NCBI GenBank assembly: GCA_049724395.1
Contig: JAUGWO010000057.1
Span: forward strand, 124,001-159,615
DNA length: 35,615 nt
Reading direction: 5' to 3'
Source: Spongospora subterranea f. sp. subterranea
Lineage: Eukaryota
Part shown: positions 19,801-31,400 of the stretch, piece by piece
Position numbering within the stretch: position 1 is the first letter of the stretch
Layout of the letters: each line of letters begins with the position of its first letter
The notes under the pieces: generated by a model
Databases searched by the model: none
What the model saw: the letters and a program-made list of their open reading frames with translations, nothing else
Told to the model about the DNA's origin: nothing
Translations under genes and position numbers: made by a program

Positions 19801-22800
19801 CTAATCTTGAAATGACCGAAATTCATATTGACAGATATCAGATTCCATTCTGCCTGTTCCAGGACAGTAATCGCGACTGAACGTGGTGTAGTGTACTGAT
19901 TCTCCCCATCTCCGAACAAACTCCTCGACACTTCCACCGCAATGACGATGTAAACAATTGTAAACAGGACGGCTTTTTCTAACCACAGAAATTACACCCG
20001 GATGAGGCGATTTCGTTGACTTTGTCTTCGTAATCATGAACTGATCATACTCGTCGCGAATTTTGGAAAGCGCTGGGAGGAGGTCTCGGGTTGATTTATA
20101 GGGAAGATCAAGTCTTGCTGGAATATCAAACGGTGGCTTGATCGATCCGCATTCAATGGACTCCATGCCTTGACATTTCCGACTTCTGAATTCCCCATGC
20201 GAGAATTGAGAGCCCCATTTTCGAATCCATTCAATTGAACTTTGGCCACAGTGATGAACAAAGCAACCCCAGATGGGTTTCGGACACTGGCTATGAATAT
20301 TGTCGCAAGGTCTCTCGAGCCTTGGAGCCACTTGATCGGAATTTCTCGTTGAATTTCACGACACATATTGAGTTTTTCTTCTACAGGTTTTGACGTTGAA
20401 ATAGCATGCCTAAGAGTTTGAGATCCAATTCACAGGGAATCTTCGTCTCTGAAAGCACAAATGTTCATCAGTTTTTCTCAAGAATGAGCGAATGAAAAAC
20501 CTGTTGTCAGGGTTTCTGACGATTTTCGTCCTCTGGTAACCGCAGGTGGTATGATTTAATCCACGACCGGGGCAGCATTTCAATCCAAACTGGCGGTGCG
20601 GGAAAAGCGTTCCCCAACGTGTCTGGAACAGGTTTATGTCTTTGTCACAGCATTTCACAAGACATTGAAGGACGGGGATACAGGTGCGCTTGAGACAATA
20701 TATCACCTTAGTTCTAACACTGCGGAGCGATCTTCTGCAAGAGACCAGTTTTAAAACAAAATTCGAAATTAGGATCAGTTTTTCCAGGGTGCTGGTTGCC
20801 CTTGACAATTAGCCTAGCATCAGGAACATCGATGTTGTTTTGTCCGACCTCAACCTTATCCCGTCCCGATTTTCCGAGCAACAGTACTTCCATCATGTGT
20901 TCCGTCATGGCGTCACTGTTGTGAAACTCGACCTGTTCTGGATTCTTCTCCTTTCCCTGAGCAGACGATACCGTTGGTGAAAATCAAATCCCAGACAGAG
21001 CGAGGAACCAGAGTTCTGACCAGAAACACACAGAGGCTATTATAGTCTTTGACCTCATCCAGGTCCCAGTTTAGGTGCCGACAGAGCATTCTCAATCCCA
21101 AAAAATATTTGGTACATTACGAAACTCAACCTTTTTGTGAGTCTGGTTCGGAAATCGTTCCTAGTACGCCATAAGCAGATATTGGCGATTCCGATTCTCG
21201 GCAATCTCTTACAACGTCAACAGGCTGGTTCTTTGAATTGATCGTATTTTCGATGCGGCAATCGAAAGCTCTGCCATCAATGCTGATGCAGGATGCATCA
21301 CGGTTTGACCTCGTGTTCGGGGTCCAATTTTGAGACGAACTAAGCAGTCGAACCCAAAGACAAGTGGGACATGGACTGAACGGCTAAATTCTGGAGGAAC
21401 TGTCCCCGAACTGGTGGACGTTTCTGTTAGCGGGCACGAGATTCTCGGGAAAGTCTTTTGACAGCAAAATTTCCAAATCCATTGAAAGTCGATTTGGATC
21501 GCTAAGGCAATCAAGGTTCTCGCCCTCTTGTCCCAACAGTTGAGAGTCGATACTGATATGGGGCGCGTCACTTTTCGAACCCGGGCTCGAGTGCCATTCC
21601 TGAAGCGCATTTATCAAGCCGAATCTCTGTATGAAGATGAACTGAACTACTAAATTGATCGAAGGACTTTCCTCGAGATCTTCGGGAAAGTCTTTTGACA
21701 GCAAAATTTCCAAATCCATTGAAAGTCGATTTGGATCGCTAAGGCAATCAAGGTTCTCGACCTCTTGTCCCAACAGTTGAAGTCGATTTGGGGCGCGTCA
21801 CTTTTCGAACCCGGGCTCGAGTGCCATTCCTACAGACGCCTTTAACAAGCCGAATCTCTATATGAAAATGAATTGAACTACGACATTGTTTGAAGAACTT
21901 TCACCAAACTGGTGGGCGTTTCTGTTAGCGGGCACGAGATTTCGGGAAAGTCTTTTGACAGCAAAATTTCCAAATCCATTGAAATTCGATTTGGATCGCT
22001 AAGGCAATCAAGGTTCTCGACCTCTTGTCCCAACAGTTGAGAAGTCGATACTGATATGGGGCGCGTCACTTTTCGAACCCGGGCTCGAGTGCCATTCCTA
22101 AAAACGCCTTTAACAAGCCGAATCTCTATATGAAAATGAACTGAACTACGACATTGTTTGAAGAACTTTCACCAAACTGGTGGGCGTTTCTGTTAGCGGG
22201 CACGAGATTCTCGGGAAAGTCTTTTGACAGCAAAATCTCCAAATCCATTGAGAGTCGATTTGGATCGCTAAGGCAATCTCTCGCCCTCTTGTCCCAACAG
22301 TTGTGAGTCCATACTGATATGGGGCGCGTCACTTTTCGAACCCGGGCTCGAGCGCCATTCCTGAAGCGCATTTATCAAGCCGAATCTCTGTATGAAGATG
22401 AACTGAACTACTAAATGATCGAAGGACTTTCCTCGAGATCCTCTCGGGAAAGTCTTTTGACAGCAAAATCTCCAAATCCATTGAAAGTCGATTTGGATCG
22501 CTAAGGCAATCAAGGTTCTCGACCTCTTGGCTCAACCGTTGAGAGTCGATACTGATATGGGACGCGTCACTTTTCGAACCCGGGCTCGAGTGCCATTCCT
22601 AAAAACGCACTTAACAAGCCGAATGTCTATATGAACATGAACTAACAACTTCATTCATCGAAGAACTTTCACCAAACTGGTCGACTGGATTGATATTGAA
22701 AAAATCAACCTCCAACAAGGAATTGCCTTGCAGCCAGTTTGACTCCAATTCGGAATATTCAAATCCTGGAAAGTCTATCTCTTTGGTCTCGTCAAGGAGC

Positions 22801-23042
22801 ATTGCCCACTCATGCGACGGCGACGTGGTGGCCTGCAATGACCAATGATCTCAGAATTTGATGATTATTTGGAGCGACATTCCGCCATCCACACCGAGAG
22901 AGTCGAGGAGGCGAATCTTGCGGCGGCTTTGGCCCGACCTGAGCCAAGCGGTTGGCGCCAAACATGCCCAGGTTCGGTTGTCACAGATCGAGGTCGGTCT
23001 GGTCGCCACAAGTAGGGATCCCAACAAGATGAGGACACTCAT
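19801..23042 (-). pseudogene. Multi-exon secreted-protein gene or pseudogene: signal peptide, acidic tandem repeats and three Cys/His/Trp-Gly modules
   Basis: MSVLILLGSLLVAT at 23042, then acidic exons, five tandem units and modules at ~20565-20675, ~20165-20275 and ~19855-19965, ending at the stop at 19801. Several frameshifts; continuity as a single gene is inferred. Confidence 0.55.
21385..22680 (-). repeat. Five ~230-270 bp tandem units, each an exon plus a short intron
   Basis: Anchor gatttggatcgctaaggcaatc at ~21491, 21728, 21988, 22257 and 22490; peptide ENLDCLSDPNRLSMDLEILLSKDFPE recurs; each unit has a ~50-nt GT...(C/T)AG segment before GAATGGC. Confidence 0.9.
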
Positions 23043-23099
23043 TGAGTAATGGCGCTACAGTAGCGCGATTGGCCAACGGGCAAGGATGAGTTCAGAGTA

Positions 23100-24400
23100 T
23101 GAGGCAACCGGTTCAAATCCGCAAGACAATAACCGTGATCGGAACAAATCTGGGAACACGATATTTGTCAGAGGCCACTTCACGAGCATACCTCGCTGGC
23201 TGTGATCCATCGGCCGTCAATGATCCAGTTTTGTTGAACAGAGTCCAGTCTCAGGTTGATTCTCGGTTCAATGGAGGTTAACGGCCCTCGTGGGTTTCGG
23301 TATAAATATCTCATATCGTCCTATGACATGTTGAGAATATATAGCAGATACATTTACGGCTATCCTCAATTGGTTCTTTCACATTGGCTCTGAGCAATAT
23401 CTTATGGTAGTTTCTCAACGTCTGATTGTCAATTTTGTGTTCGTGTCTTGGTCATGATCACTCTAAATGTCTTTGAACATGCGTCAATTTTTCGATTGCC
23501 TCTGAAGAGCAAAAGGGGAGGTGCGCTTTGCACTCAGCTGTAAAGTGAACGGTTTGTCGACGACTGCGTTGACGCGCCATTTTTCGTAAACCGGCTCCTG
23601 AACCAAACCGCGACTGCTATCGCGTCTGTCAACGAGCCGGTTCTGAACCTGAAAGCAAGTTGTACAGAGTGATATCCGAACAGGTCTCCTCAGACAATGT
23701 TTCCCCGCCCATGGCATGCGTATTCACATTTTTGTTGAGGTTTTCCGTCCTCAACACGGGATCCATGACCTCCTTGACCACCGTTTCTCGTGAAGCATCG
23801 GAACCTCAGAGGCAGGAGATTGCCACTTCACGGTCACCCGTGTTCATCTATTACTCTCATGCGGTTTGTGTTTAGATATCGTAATTGGCCCAATGTCATG
23901 AAAATCGTGTGGTATATCGAGCGATCCCGTCGGGTCAGGTTTACATTGTTTTCGTTCCGGTTATAAGTGATTTTGAATTCTCGGTGGTGCACGGTCTGGC
24001 ATGTTCCGGATGTCGCACCCTAAACAAGAGAACCTTTTAATCCAAAACACGTCTGCACCCGTATCGTCGCGGTCAACGTCAAATCCGTCCCGAGTTGTGG
24101 GTGATGTCGGCGATGTTTTCGGGGTCAAGGACAACTTTTGCATGGCCGAGACTCGTTTTCGTCAAAAGGGTGATCTCCCCATTTGACCAAACCGGGTCAC
24201 CGCCGTACTCCATGTCTCAGATTGTTGACCAAGGTGGGATCGCCTGTTCAGCAATGGTCCCAAAAACGTCCGCCCCCGAACGCGTCAGCTTTTCTGATGC
24301 CCTGAGTATCGTCGTGGTGAATGCGGGAACGGATGATCGTCGCCCCACTGATGGTCGAAAACATCACCGGATATCGAAGGACAAGCGACGATCGCACCGA
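23100..24400 (-). pseudogene. Further degenerate copies of the unknown family (23100-23290, 23560-23700, 24190-24400)
   Basis: 23110-23200 is a direct repeat of 26160-26255; agagtccagtctcag matches the 10750 and 12630 copies; caccacgacgatactcagggc (minus strand, ~24300-24320) matches 11775 and 12522. Confidence 0.55.
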
Positions 24401-24819
24401 TCATCTTCATGGCCAGATACTAGTTGATAAGAATATTTCATGGGTATTCTGAAAACCAGAACTGTTTCCAACTTGTTTAGAGTCACCATCCGCCAATGTC
24501 CAGGGAACTTCATTGTTTTATTCATAGTTTTGCTCGTTGTCAGATTCGAGCGCAGCCGTGCTGACGATTCGGAGGACAGTCGTTGACATCCGAGATCTCC
24601 TGATGTTTGACCTTCAATCCCGTTCCTGCATCAGTTGGCGCTACCCACCTCTGTACTAGCCGACCCCAATCCAGAACGGGTTCATCTCCGAGTCTGAACA
24701 GGGCGGAACCGATCAATCTCCGATCTTTTGATTTTCGCCGTCCCTTCACCTGTAAATTCATACAAATTCGTTGAACACGTGGAACCGTCTGATCTCCGAC
24801 TTCATATTGATTTCCGTTC

Positions 24820-25932
24820 ATGAACATGTTTTCGCGAAAGGGCATGAGTTCGACCACGATGATCCCACGAACTGAGAAGCTGACGTTTTGCTTGGATACG
24901 GCGTTCAAGCTCGCCTGCCATTGCGACCTCTCGTACGAGGTCGACGTCGACGACGCCAAGGTCACGCTGGAGAAGTGGGGTTTCCCCAACGCCATCTTTA
25001 TCGACGGCCGTAACCTGGAGCGCTTCAGCGACACGCAGGTCTACGTGGCGTCCTCCGCTACCGTCATCGTCGTGGCGTTCCGCGGCTCCCAGGCGAACGT
25101 CAAGGACTGGGTGGGGACCAACGCCCAGATGATTCGCAAACCGTTGCCGTGGGTGCCGAAGGGCGTCACCACTGGCGAAGCCCATTCCGGGTTCATCGAC
25201 GCGATTGCGGAGAAGGGCGCCAAGGGCGACGTGCCGTCGATCCTCGATCAAATCAGCGCCGCGATCGACGAGTTCCAGCCGCAGATTGGCGCCCAGAAGC
25301 ACGTGTTTGTCACTGGGCACTCGATGGGCGGGTCGCTGGCCAACCTGACGGCCATGTACCTGCGTGGGATCCTGATGTCGCCAAAGATCCAGCCGTTGGA
25401 CGAAGGTCGCAGTGGCCCAGAAGTGACGCGCGAGCGCCGGGCGATGGGCCTGACGGTCTACACGTTTGGGGCGCCGCGCGTCTTGGACGATGTCCTGGCC
25501 CTGGCCTATGATCGCGAGCTGCGCGACAAGTCGTTCCGCCTGGTGCACAATAACGATGTGGTGACGCAGCTGCCGCCATATGGCTGGGGATATACCCATG
25601 TCGGGTCGCGAATCTTTCTGTTGTCGGACGGGACGATCGAGAACGGCCCGGCCATGTCGGAGCGCGATCTGGGCGGGTTTAAGTGGCCGATCGAGCGTCT
25701 CTTTGAGATCTCGCGGTTGCTGATGAGCGGTCTTGTGGCGGCGGCGGGCGGGACGCTCGACCATTTCCTGGGCGCGGGCCCGTTGACGAACGACGGCCCG
25801 TTCCCCGGATGGATCGACCTGTTCCTGCGGAACGGCGGGTATCTGGGGGCGATCGCCAAAGGCATCATTCGTTATGGTCAGGAAGAGCGGGTCGTTGAAC
25901 CGGTCACCCCGAAGGTGGTGAAATGGGTCTGA
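24820..25932 (+). CDS. Class 3 lipase (Lipase_3 alpha/beta hydrolase), 370 aa, intact and intronless
   Basis: VVAFRGS, AHSGF, nucleophile elbow VTGHSMGG, YTFGAPRV, HNNDVVTQLPP..GYTHVG and C-terminal DH. Strong C/G third-position bias. Start could be 24820, 24826 or 24844. Confidence 0.93.
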   Translation: MNMFSRKGMSSTTMIPRTEKLTFCLDTAFKLACHCDLSYEVDVDDAKVTLEKWGFPNAIFIDGRNLERFSDTQVYVASSATVIVVAFRGSQANVKDWVGTNAQMIRKPLPWVPKGVTTGEAHSGFIDAIAEKGAKGDVPSILDQISAAIDEFQPQIGAQKHVFVTGHSMGGSLANLTAMYLRGILMSPKIQPLDEGRSGPEVTRERRAMGLTVYTFGAPRVLDDVLALAYDRELRDKSFRLVHNNDVVTQLPPYGWGYTHVGSRIFLLSDGTIENGPAMSERDLGGFKWPIERLFEISRLLMSGLVAAAGGTLDHFLGAGPLTNDGPFPGWIDLFLRNGGYLGAIAKGIIRYGQEERVVEPVTPKVVKWV

Positions 25933-26014
25933 CCATCCTATTGCACACCTATCACGTGCATAATTACAAGAATCATGATCAAGTTGATCGAATCTGGTGA
26001 CCAGATCAAGTTAA

Positions 26015-26530
26015 TCACATCTTCCTGGTAAAATATCTGAAAACCAGAGCAAGTTGCCATTTTGCTTGTTTTACTATCGAAGACTTCAGTTCATTATAGA
26101 CCGGCTCTTTGACAGAGGGGAGAGCAATCGTGTTAAAGGGTGTGCTGAACCGGAACTTGAAATCCGCAAGACAACAGCCGTGATCGGAACAAACGACGAC
26201 GGATCTGTGAACATGAATATTTGTCAGAGGCCACTTCACGAGCATACCTCGCTGACAATCGTCCGAGACTGTTCGGGTTGATGGCAATGGTCCAAATCCA
26301 ACTTGCCTTGACCAAGATGTAAATCCTGACAATCGTGTTGAGGTTGGTGATGATCCCTCGTATGAACTTGTTGAAATCGGGTGTGTCGATCCTGTTGAAG
26401 ATACTGTTGAGTGCCCATCCGAAACCATAGCTTCGAATAATTGCATCACGGTCGGTTCGCGTTTTGCCACATGTGAAGTAGTGATGTCTACCGTGATTAA
26501 CTCTGACGTTCCATCGGATTTCAAAGCATA
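26015..26530 (-). pseudogene. Long copy of the unknown family with a shared short intron
   Basis: Minus strand has gag|GTATGC...ctgac...cacAG at the same position as the 23150-23192 copy; downstream CSDHGCCLADFKFRF..VKEPVY parallels CSDHGYCLAD (23130) and VQEPVY (23590). Confidence 0.5.
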
Positions 26531-26534
26531 CAAA

Positions 26535-26796
26535 TGCGACGAAGGATGTGATCATCTGCTGTATAATAATCCACAACATGGTGGTGGAGGACGAGCGTGA
26601 CGGCTACCTGTTAACCAACCACAACCTGCTTGAGGACTCGAGTCGCCATCAAATCAAACTGTCCCCAGCATCGGCCATTTCACCTACTGTTCAAGAGCTG
26701 CGTTATCGGCTACAGGAAATCGTTGATCAGGAGCAGCATAAAATGTTGACGTACGATATAGTTGAGCACTTATGGAAACAGCATGGAGATACATAA
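26535..26796 (+). mobile_element. PIF/Harbinger transposase C-terminal fragment
   Basis: IICCIIIHNMVVEDER...QHKMLTYDIVEHLW matches the Harbinger DDE_Tnp_4/Plant_tran C-terminus (C..LHNMIVEDE...H..L..DL.EH.W). Confidence 0.85.
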
Positions 26797-26975
26797 TTCA
26801 TACACCCATATTCTCCTTTAATTGACGTAATACGTGTTTGCGTTTTAACGCAAAATACTGCTAGGTATCATCGCAGTTCAGGTCTCGTAAAAATAGTGGA
26901 GTACTTTATAGTACGATATAGTGTCATTTCTTTACAGCAGCTCGTACCACCGATTTATGATGATCTTTTATTGAC

Positions 26976-27596
26976 TCACTCATTGACCTCGTCCTGCAGA
27001 GCGGACGCTTCCATTTCCAGAATCCTGTTTTTTCTCCGCCTTAATCTCGGCCTTCGCGTCGGTTTTTCTCTGCAGTTTGGCTTTCGTGTTGCCCACTGGT
27101 CTCTCCGGTGAAACCAGGGTGGTGTCGTCTCCTTGCACACCTGAACCATGATTAGAAGGGCCGGTTTTTTCCGATCAGGCTTCAGATACGACTGCCGTTT
27201 GCCAAGCGTAATATATTCCAAGATGATATACTTGTAAAGGCGGCACCGCGCGGGTCTTTGATTGGCGCTGAAGCGCTTCTTCAACAACCATTTGTTCGTT
27301 CCAACCAGAATGGTACTCCTCAGTGACCTATGAAAAAAACGCCAACAGAATTTTGGCAACGACCGGTTGTAGTGGCGACTGCAAAGACGCGGTAGAACGG
27401 TGCCATGGGTCAGTTGCTGCGACTCCCTCGTTAAACAAGTCAGCAATCCTTGACCAGAAAGAATCAAGCTTCTGCCCGTTTTCCGAGGATTGGGTGTTGC
27501 GACACCGACAGTCAGCACCTCATTATCAGCCTGCCGAAAGTTCTTGCCTCGCTGCCGTTTCTTGAAGACGTCACCTGCACCGTCATGTGCCGACAT
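26976..27596 (-). pseudogene. Harbinger second ORF (Myb/SANT-like, NAM-associated type), frameshifted
   Basis: KRQRGKNFRQADNEVL, then FWSRIA in another frame, and a basic C-terminus; convergent with the transposase fragment, consistent with the two-gene PIF/Harbinger layout. Confidence 0.65.
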
Positions 27597-27599
27597 TTC

Positions 27600-28429
27600 T
27601 CAGCCGGACTCCAAAATGTGTTTGTACCAGCAATGCTACCAAATTCTAGGCGTTCCCAATTCAACATGCGGTCGGCCAGTTTGATTATTTTCTTTGTACA
27701 GGGGTGCATCCTTTTCGTATTTTTACAGATCATCGTAATTTGGTGTTCTTATATGATCCGCAATCTTCTGGCGTTTTTCTTGGACGACCCTCTCGGGATA
27801 AGATCCATCGGTGGCGACTTCGTTTAGATGGTGAATCCTATGTCATCGAAGGAATTTCCGGAGAAGACCATGTCTGGGCCGATCTCGGGTCACGATGGGC
27901 TCGACAAAGACAGGACAGTACACTTTGTATCAATCGAATTTCGGCATCAGTTCCTCTCATTCAACCTTTACAACAACCCGATTTTTTATGGCCGTCGTTG
28001 TCGGAAATTCTGACAACCCAGAGTGAAGCGTTTGAAGCTGTTTTGCAAGAATCGTCGTTTAGTGAGGAGAAAGGGAATGTTTTCACCAGGATTTAATTGC
28101 AAGATCTCTTTTTAGATTCGGGCAATATTATATGGATTCCCACTGAAGCTGTCGAACTTCAACTTCGATGATTGATCATTCCGCATTGGGGGAAGTTCTG
28201 GTCACCGAGGAACTCAAGCTACTCGAATGCCTTACAAGACCGTGTTTTTTTTACCACTCTCATCAATGATGTGTCGTGTTTCTGCCTTCAATGCCTTCAT
28301 TGCACTGTTAATGCTGGGGGTAATAATATCCCTCGCCCTTTTGGCGAACCTCTTCATGCATCTAGTGCCAATCAGATCATTCATTTTGATTTCGTATACA
28401 TTGCACCTTCCCGATCTTTATCGTCTTGA
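27600..28429 (+). mobile_element. Ty3/gypsy pol fragment: RNase H, integrase H2C2 and start of integrase core
   Basis: HPFRIFTDHRNL..RWRLRL...YVIEGISGEDHVWADLGSRW; IWIPTEAVELQLR; DVSCFCLQCLHC..IPRPFGEPLHA..NQIIHFDFVYI. Confidence 0.9.
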
Positions 28430-31400
28430 CGAGGTGCTGCCACCGCCGGTCTTCAGTACTCGATAAAGCGCCCAGGGGTCCAGAACCTGTTTCAGCTCCT
28501 GATATTCCAAAGTAAACAAAGGTGTTAGAACCAAGGGATCATGGCTAGCGACAGCCTCGGCGATGATTGTTGGGCAATCTTCCTTGCCCTTCTAGATTGA
28601 CCCTGGCAATCCTGGGGACAACCCAGACCGCCTAGCATTCCTTGGAAATCACGAGCTGCGTTGGTTTTCACGATCATGTCCAAATCGCGTTTCATTCTGA
28701 TGGCGCAACTACTCATGTGCAGATGATCGTCGATGACTGTCTTAGTGAAAAACCTGCATCGTTAGAAGTACGGTCGACTCACCCATGCGAATGTTTTAGT
28801 CTAAAGAAGCCGCGTTTTACCTTATGCCATCACCTAGAGGGAGCAGCAATCAGTTTCTGGGAACTGTCAAAATCAACGACGCCACACGGATCAAGGCTTT
28901 TGCTCAAAATATGGAGTCGATTGCAGCAACAGCGTCATGACGACGCCTGGCACTTGCGGAATCGCTGCGAAATTCGTAAATCCGAGTGAACCGGCTCCTT
29001 ATCAATAAACGATGCAGGTGTGAATGTGAACAGCACCCTCACGATCGCGCCCCTTTTTTTAAGGGGGGGGGCACTGCCAGGACCACGCCCAACACGTCTG
29101 CGAGCTGCTTCATCCGGTTTGGCATCGCCTGAAGCCATCAGTGAAGAACAAGTCTCGCTCTGTGTCATCGAACGTCAATTCAATGAGGCAATCCTGACGC
29201 CCCCATCCATAGCGATGCGATATTAATTGTCACCAACCGGTGGAGATGTTCGGAAAGGATACGCTGTCGCCAAATCTGCACGGCGATCAATTTATGAGGC
29301 GGTTAGCCGATGCCTTTAACAACACGCTGGACAATAGGGTCAGACTAGAGGGCCGGCACGATCTGGTCCCGTATCGCCATGGCGGTTGACCAGACCCAGA
29401 CCTGGCAATGACCGTGGTCCAGGTGGTCGCCACTGCACCTGGACGTTGCCAAGTTCTCTGCCTTTTGCAGCAAGCGTCTAACGAAATGGATTTCGGGATG
29501 GTTAATTAATCGACTAAATCAAAAAACCCACGATCGTTTATGCCAATGCACATCCGGAACATCACAACGTCCAGTCTTCCGCCGTAGTGAAATCCTTGGT
29601 TTGGATTCCAAATGGGCAGCTAGCAAGGAAGTGCCCAGTTCTAGGGAAGCCTTTGAATGTTGAATCAATCGCCCTTTAGCCTTGTTTTTTCCTTTTTGCG
29701 TCGAGGAGTAGGTTTCTGGTGAAAAACCAGTTTCGCTGGGTTTTGAGCTCTGTAGGCCATGTTTTGGGCTTGTCGCGGTGGGCACTGGATTGTTTGATAT
29801 GACCAGCGTGTTCTACAGATTCTTTCCACGAGCTTAACGCCCGACATGATGATAATTACCAGATATTGATCGCCGGCGCGAGAAAACCTCGGGGAGTCGC
29901 CAGATGACAATTCCCCAAAGCTTTCTCGGTGATCAAAGCAGGATGAATACCGGACAAATTAGAGTGATTCTTAATTGGAAGGCATATTGTATTGCAACAG
30001 TTTACTGCACTTGATGAGCTAAAAACCAGCATCTGCAACGGTTTTGTTAACAATCCCTCGATACCCTAAATAATCTACGCTGCAGCGATAGAGCATGAGT
30101 ACCTCTGAATGGTGTGCACAGTAAACCGGAGGAATAGCTCAATATCCCTTCGAATGGTACATTACATGTTGATTCCATGAACGAAACAACAAACAACGAT
30201 TCACCAGTGTACGTTCAGGTGCAATATCAGTCAATACATATTCAACAACCCGAATACCTCCACGTCTTGCACCAATTTAAAACCCAATATTCAATGTCAT
30301 TCAAAAAGTATTGCTGCAAAAACAAAAAGGGTGATATCGTTATGTTCGATTAGTCCTACATAACACCATGGTGCATTGCACTCTCAGAATCACCAACACT
30401 GAATATCGTAGCAGATGCATGCATTGGAAGTTCACTTTAGGATTTTGAGCTCAGAAACGCCCGGTCAAAAATTGTTTCAACGGCAGAACGCTAGTTTTAG
30501 TGATATTCAGCGTCATGTCATTCTGGGCGATATATCACGGTTGAGCAGAACAGGAGTCGTCAGAACGTCTCTGGGCGGATAGTGTCGCGCCCTCAAACAG
30601 GGGAATCGGTTCCCGTTTACGTGGTCTGGGAAAGAATCTCTTTGGGACTTTCACCATAAACCGGTGACCGATTTGGGGGTGAAAGTGAGTCGACATTGCT
30701 GAGGGCCACGTTGGCAAATGGCGCACCAGTGGATTGGACGGTTCCGACGCAGGTTGAAAATTGGGATCCGTCTCCAGCGACGACGAAAGTTCGTTGCCGT
30801 ATTGCGCAAGCGGTCTCGTCGCCCTGGTTTGCCGTTTTTCGAACGTGGCCCGACGTAAAAGTCGACTCACGTTCAGTATAATCAAGTGTAGGTCGGTCAT
30901 CGGTTTGGAATGAGAGAGCAAAAAGATGTTCTAGGCTCTGCAGCTTTCTAGTTTTGGAATCATTAAATCCTAATTCTTAGGACTTTAGGTCTCTCGAACC
31001 AAAATACGAGGACTAACCGATCTACCTTACAGCCCCAAGATTACGGGAACAACGTTGGAGTTGCTCCTCCCCTGGATAACTCTCTTATATCAATCGGTCA
31101 GACTCGCTCCTTTGACATTGTTTCTATGGATAATGAACTACGCGAGCTTTATGACGCCGCAAGCAATGAGGTTTTAAGTTCAACGGACGGGTTTCGTATT
31201 TCGAGTTGATTAAGTCTCCTGGCGATGCCTGACACGTCTTTCGAAACCGACAACTGAGAAGGCGTTAACAGCACGGGGCCTTTGACACATTGGAAAAGTG
31301 TTCGGAGTCGTTGATAGTCAGTTAATTCGGGAATGATCATCGTTGAGCCTGTCGAACAGGTCTTGATCCGAATCGCATTACCTGTGTCCCGAGGGGAATT

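Noticed and set aside
21385..22680. CRISPR array or non-coding satellite
   Set aside because: Entire units are homologous with no unique spacers, and they carry a conserved reading frame plus splice-like signals.
24802..25764. 320-aa minus-strand ORF and other ORFs overlapping the lipase
   Set aside because: Antisense shadows expected from GC-rich codon bias; no motifs.
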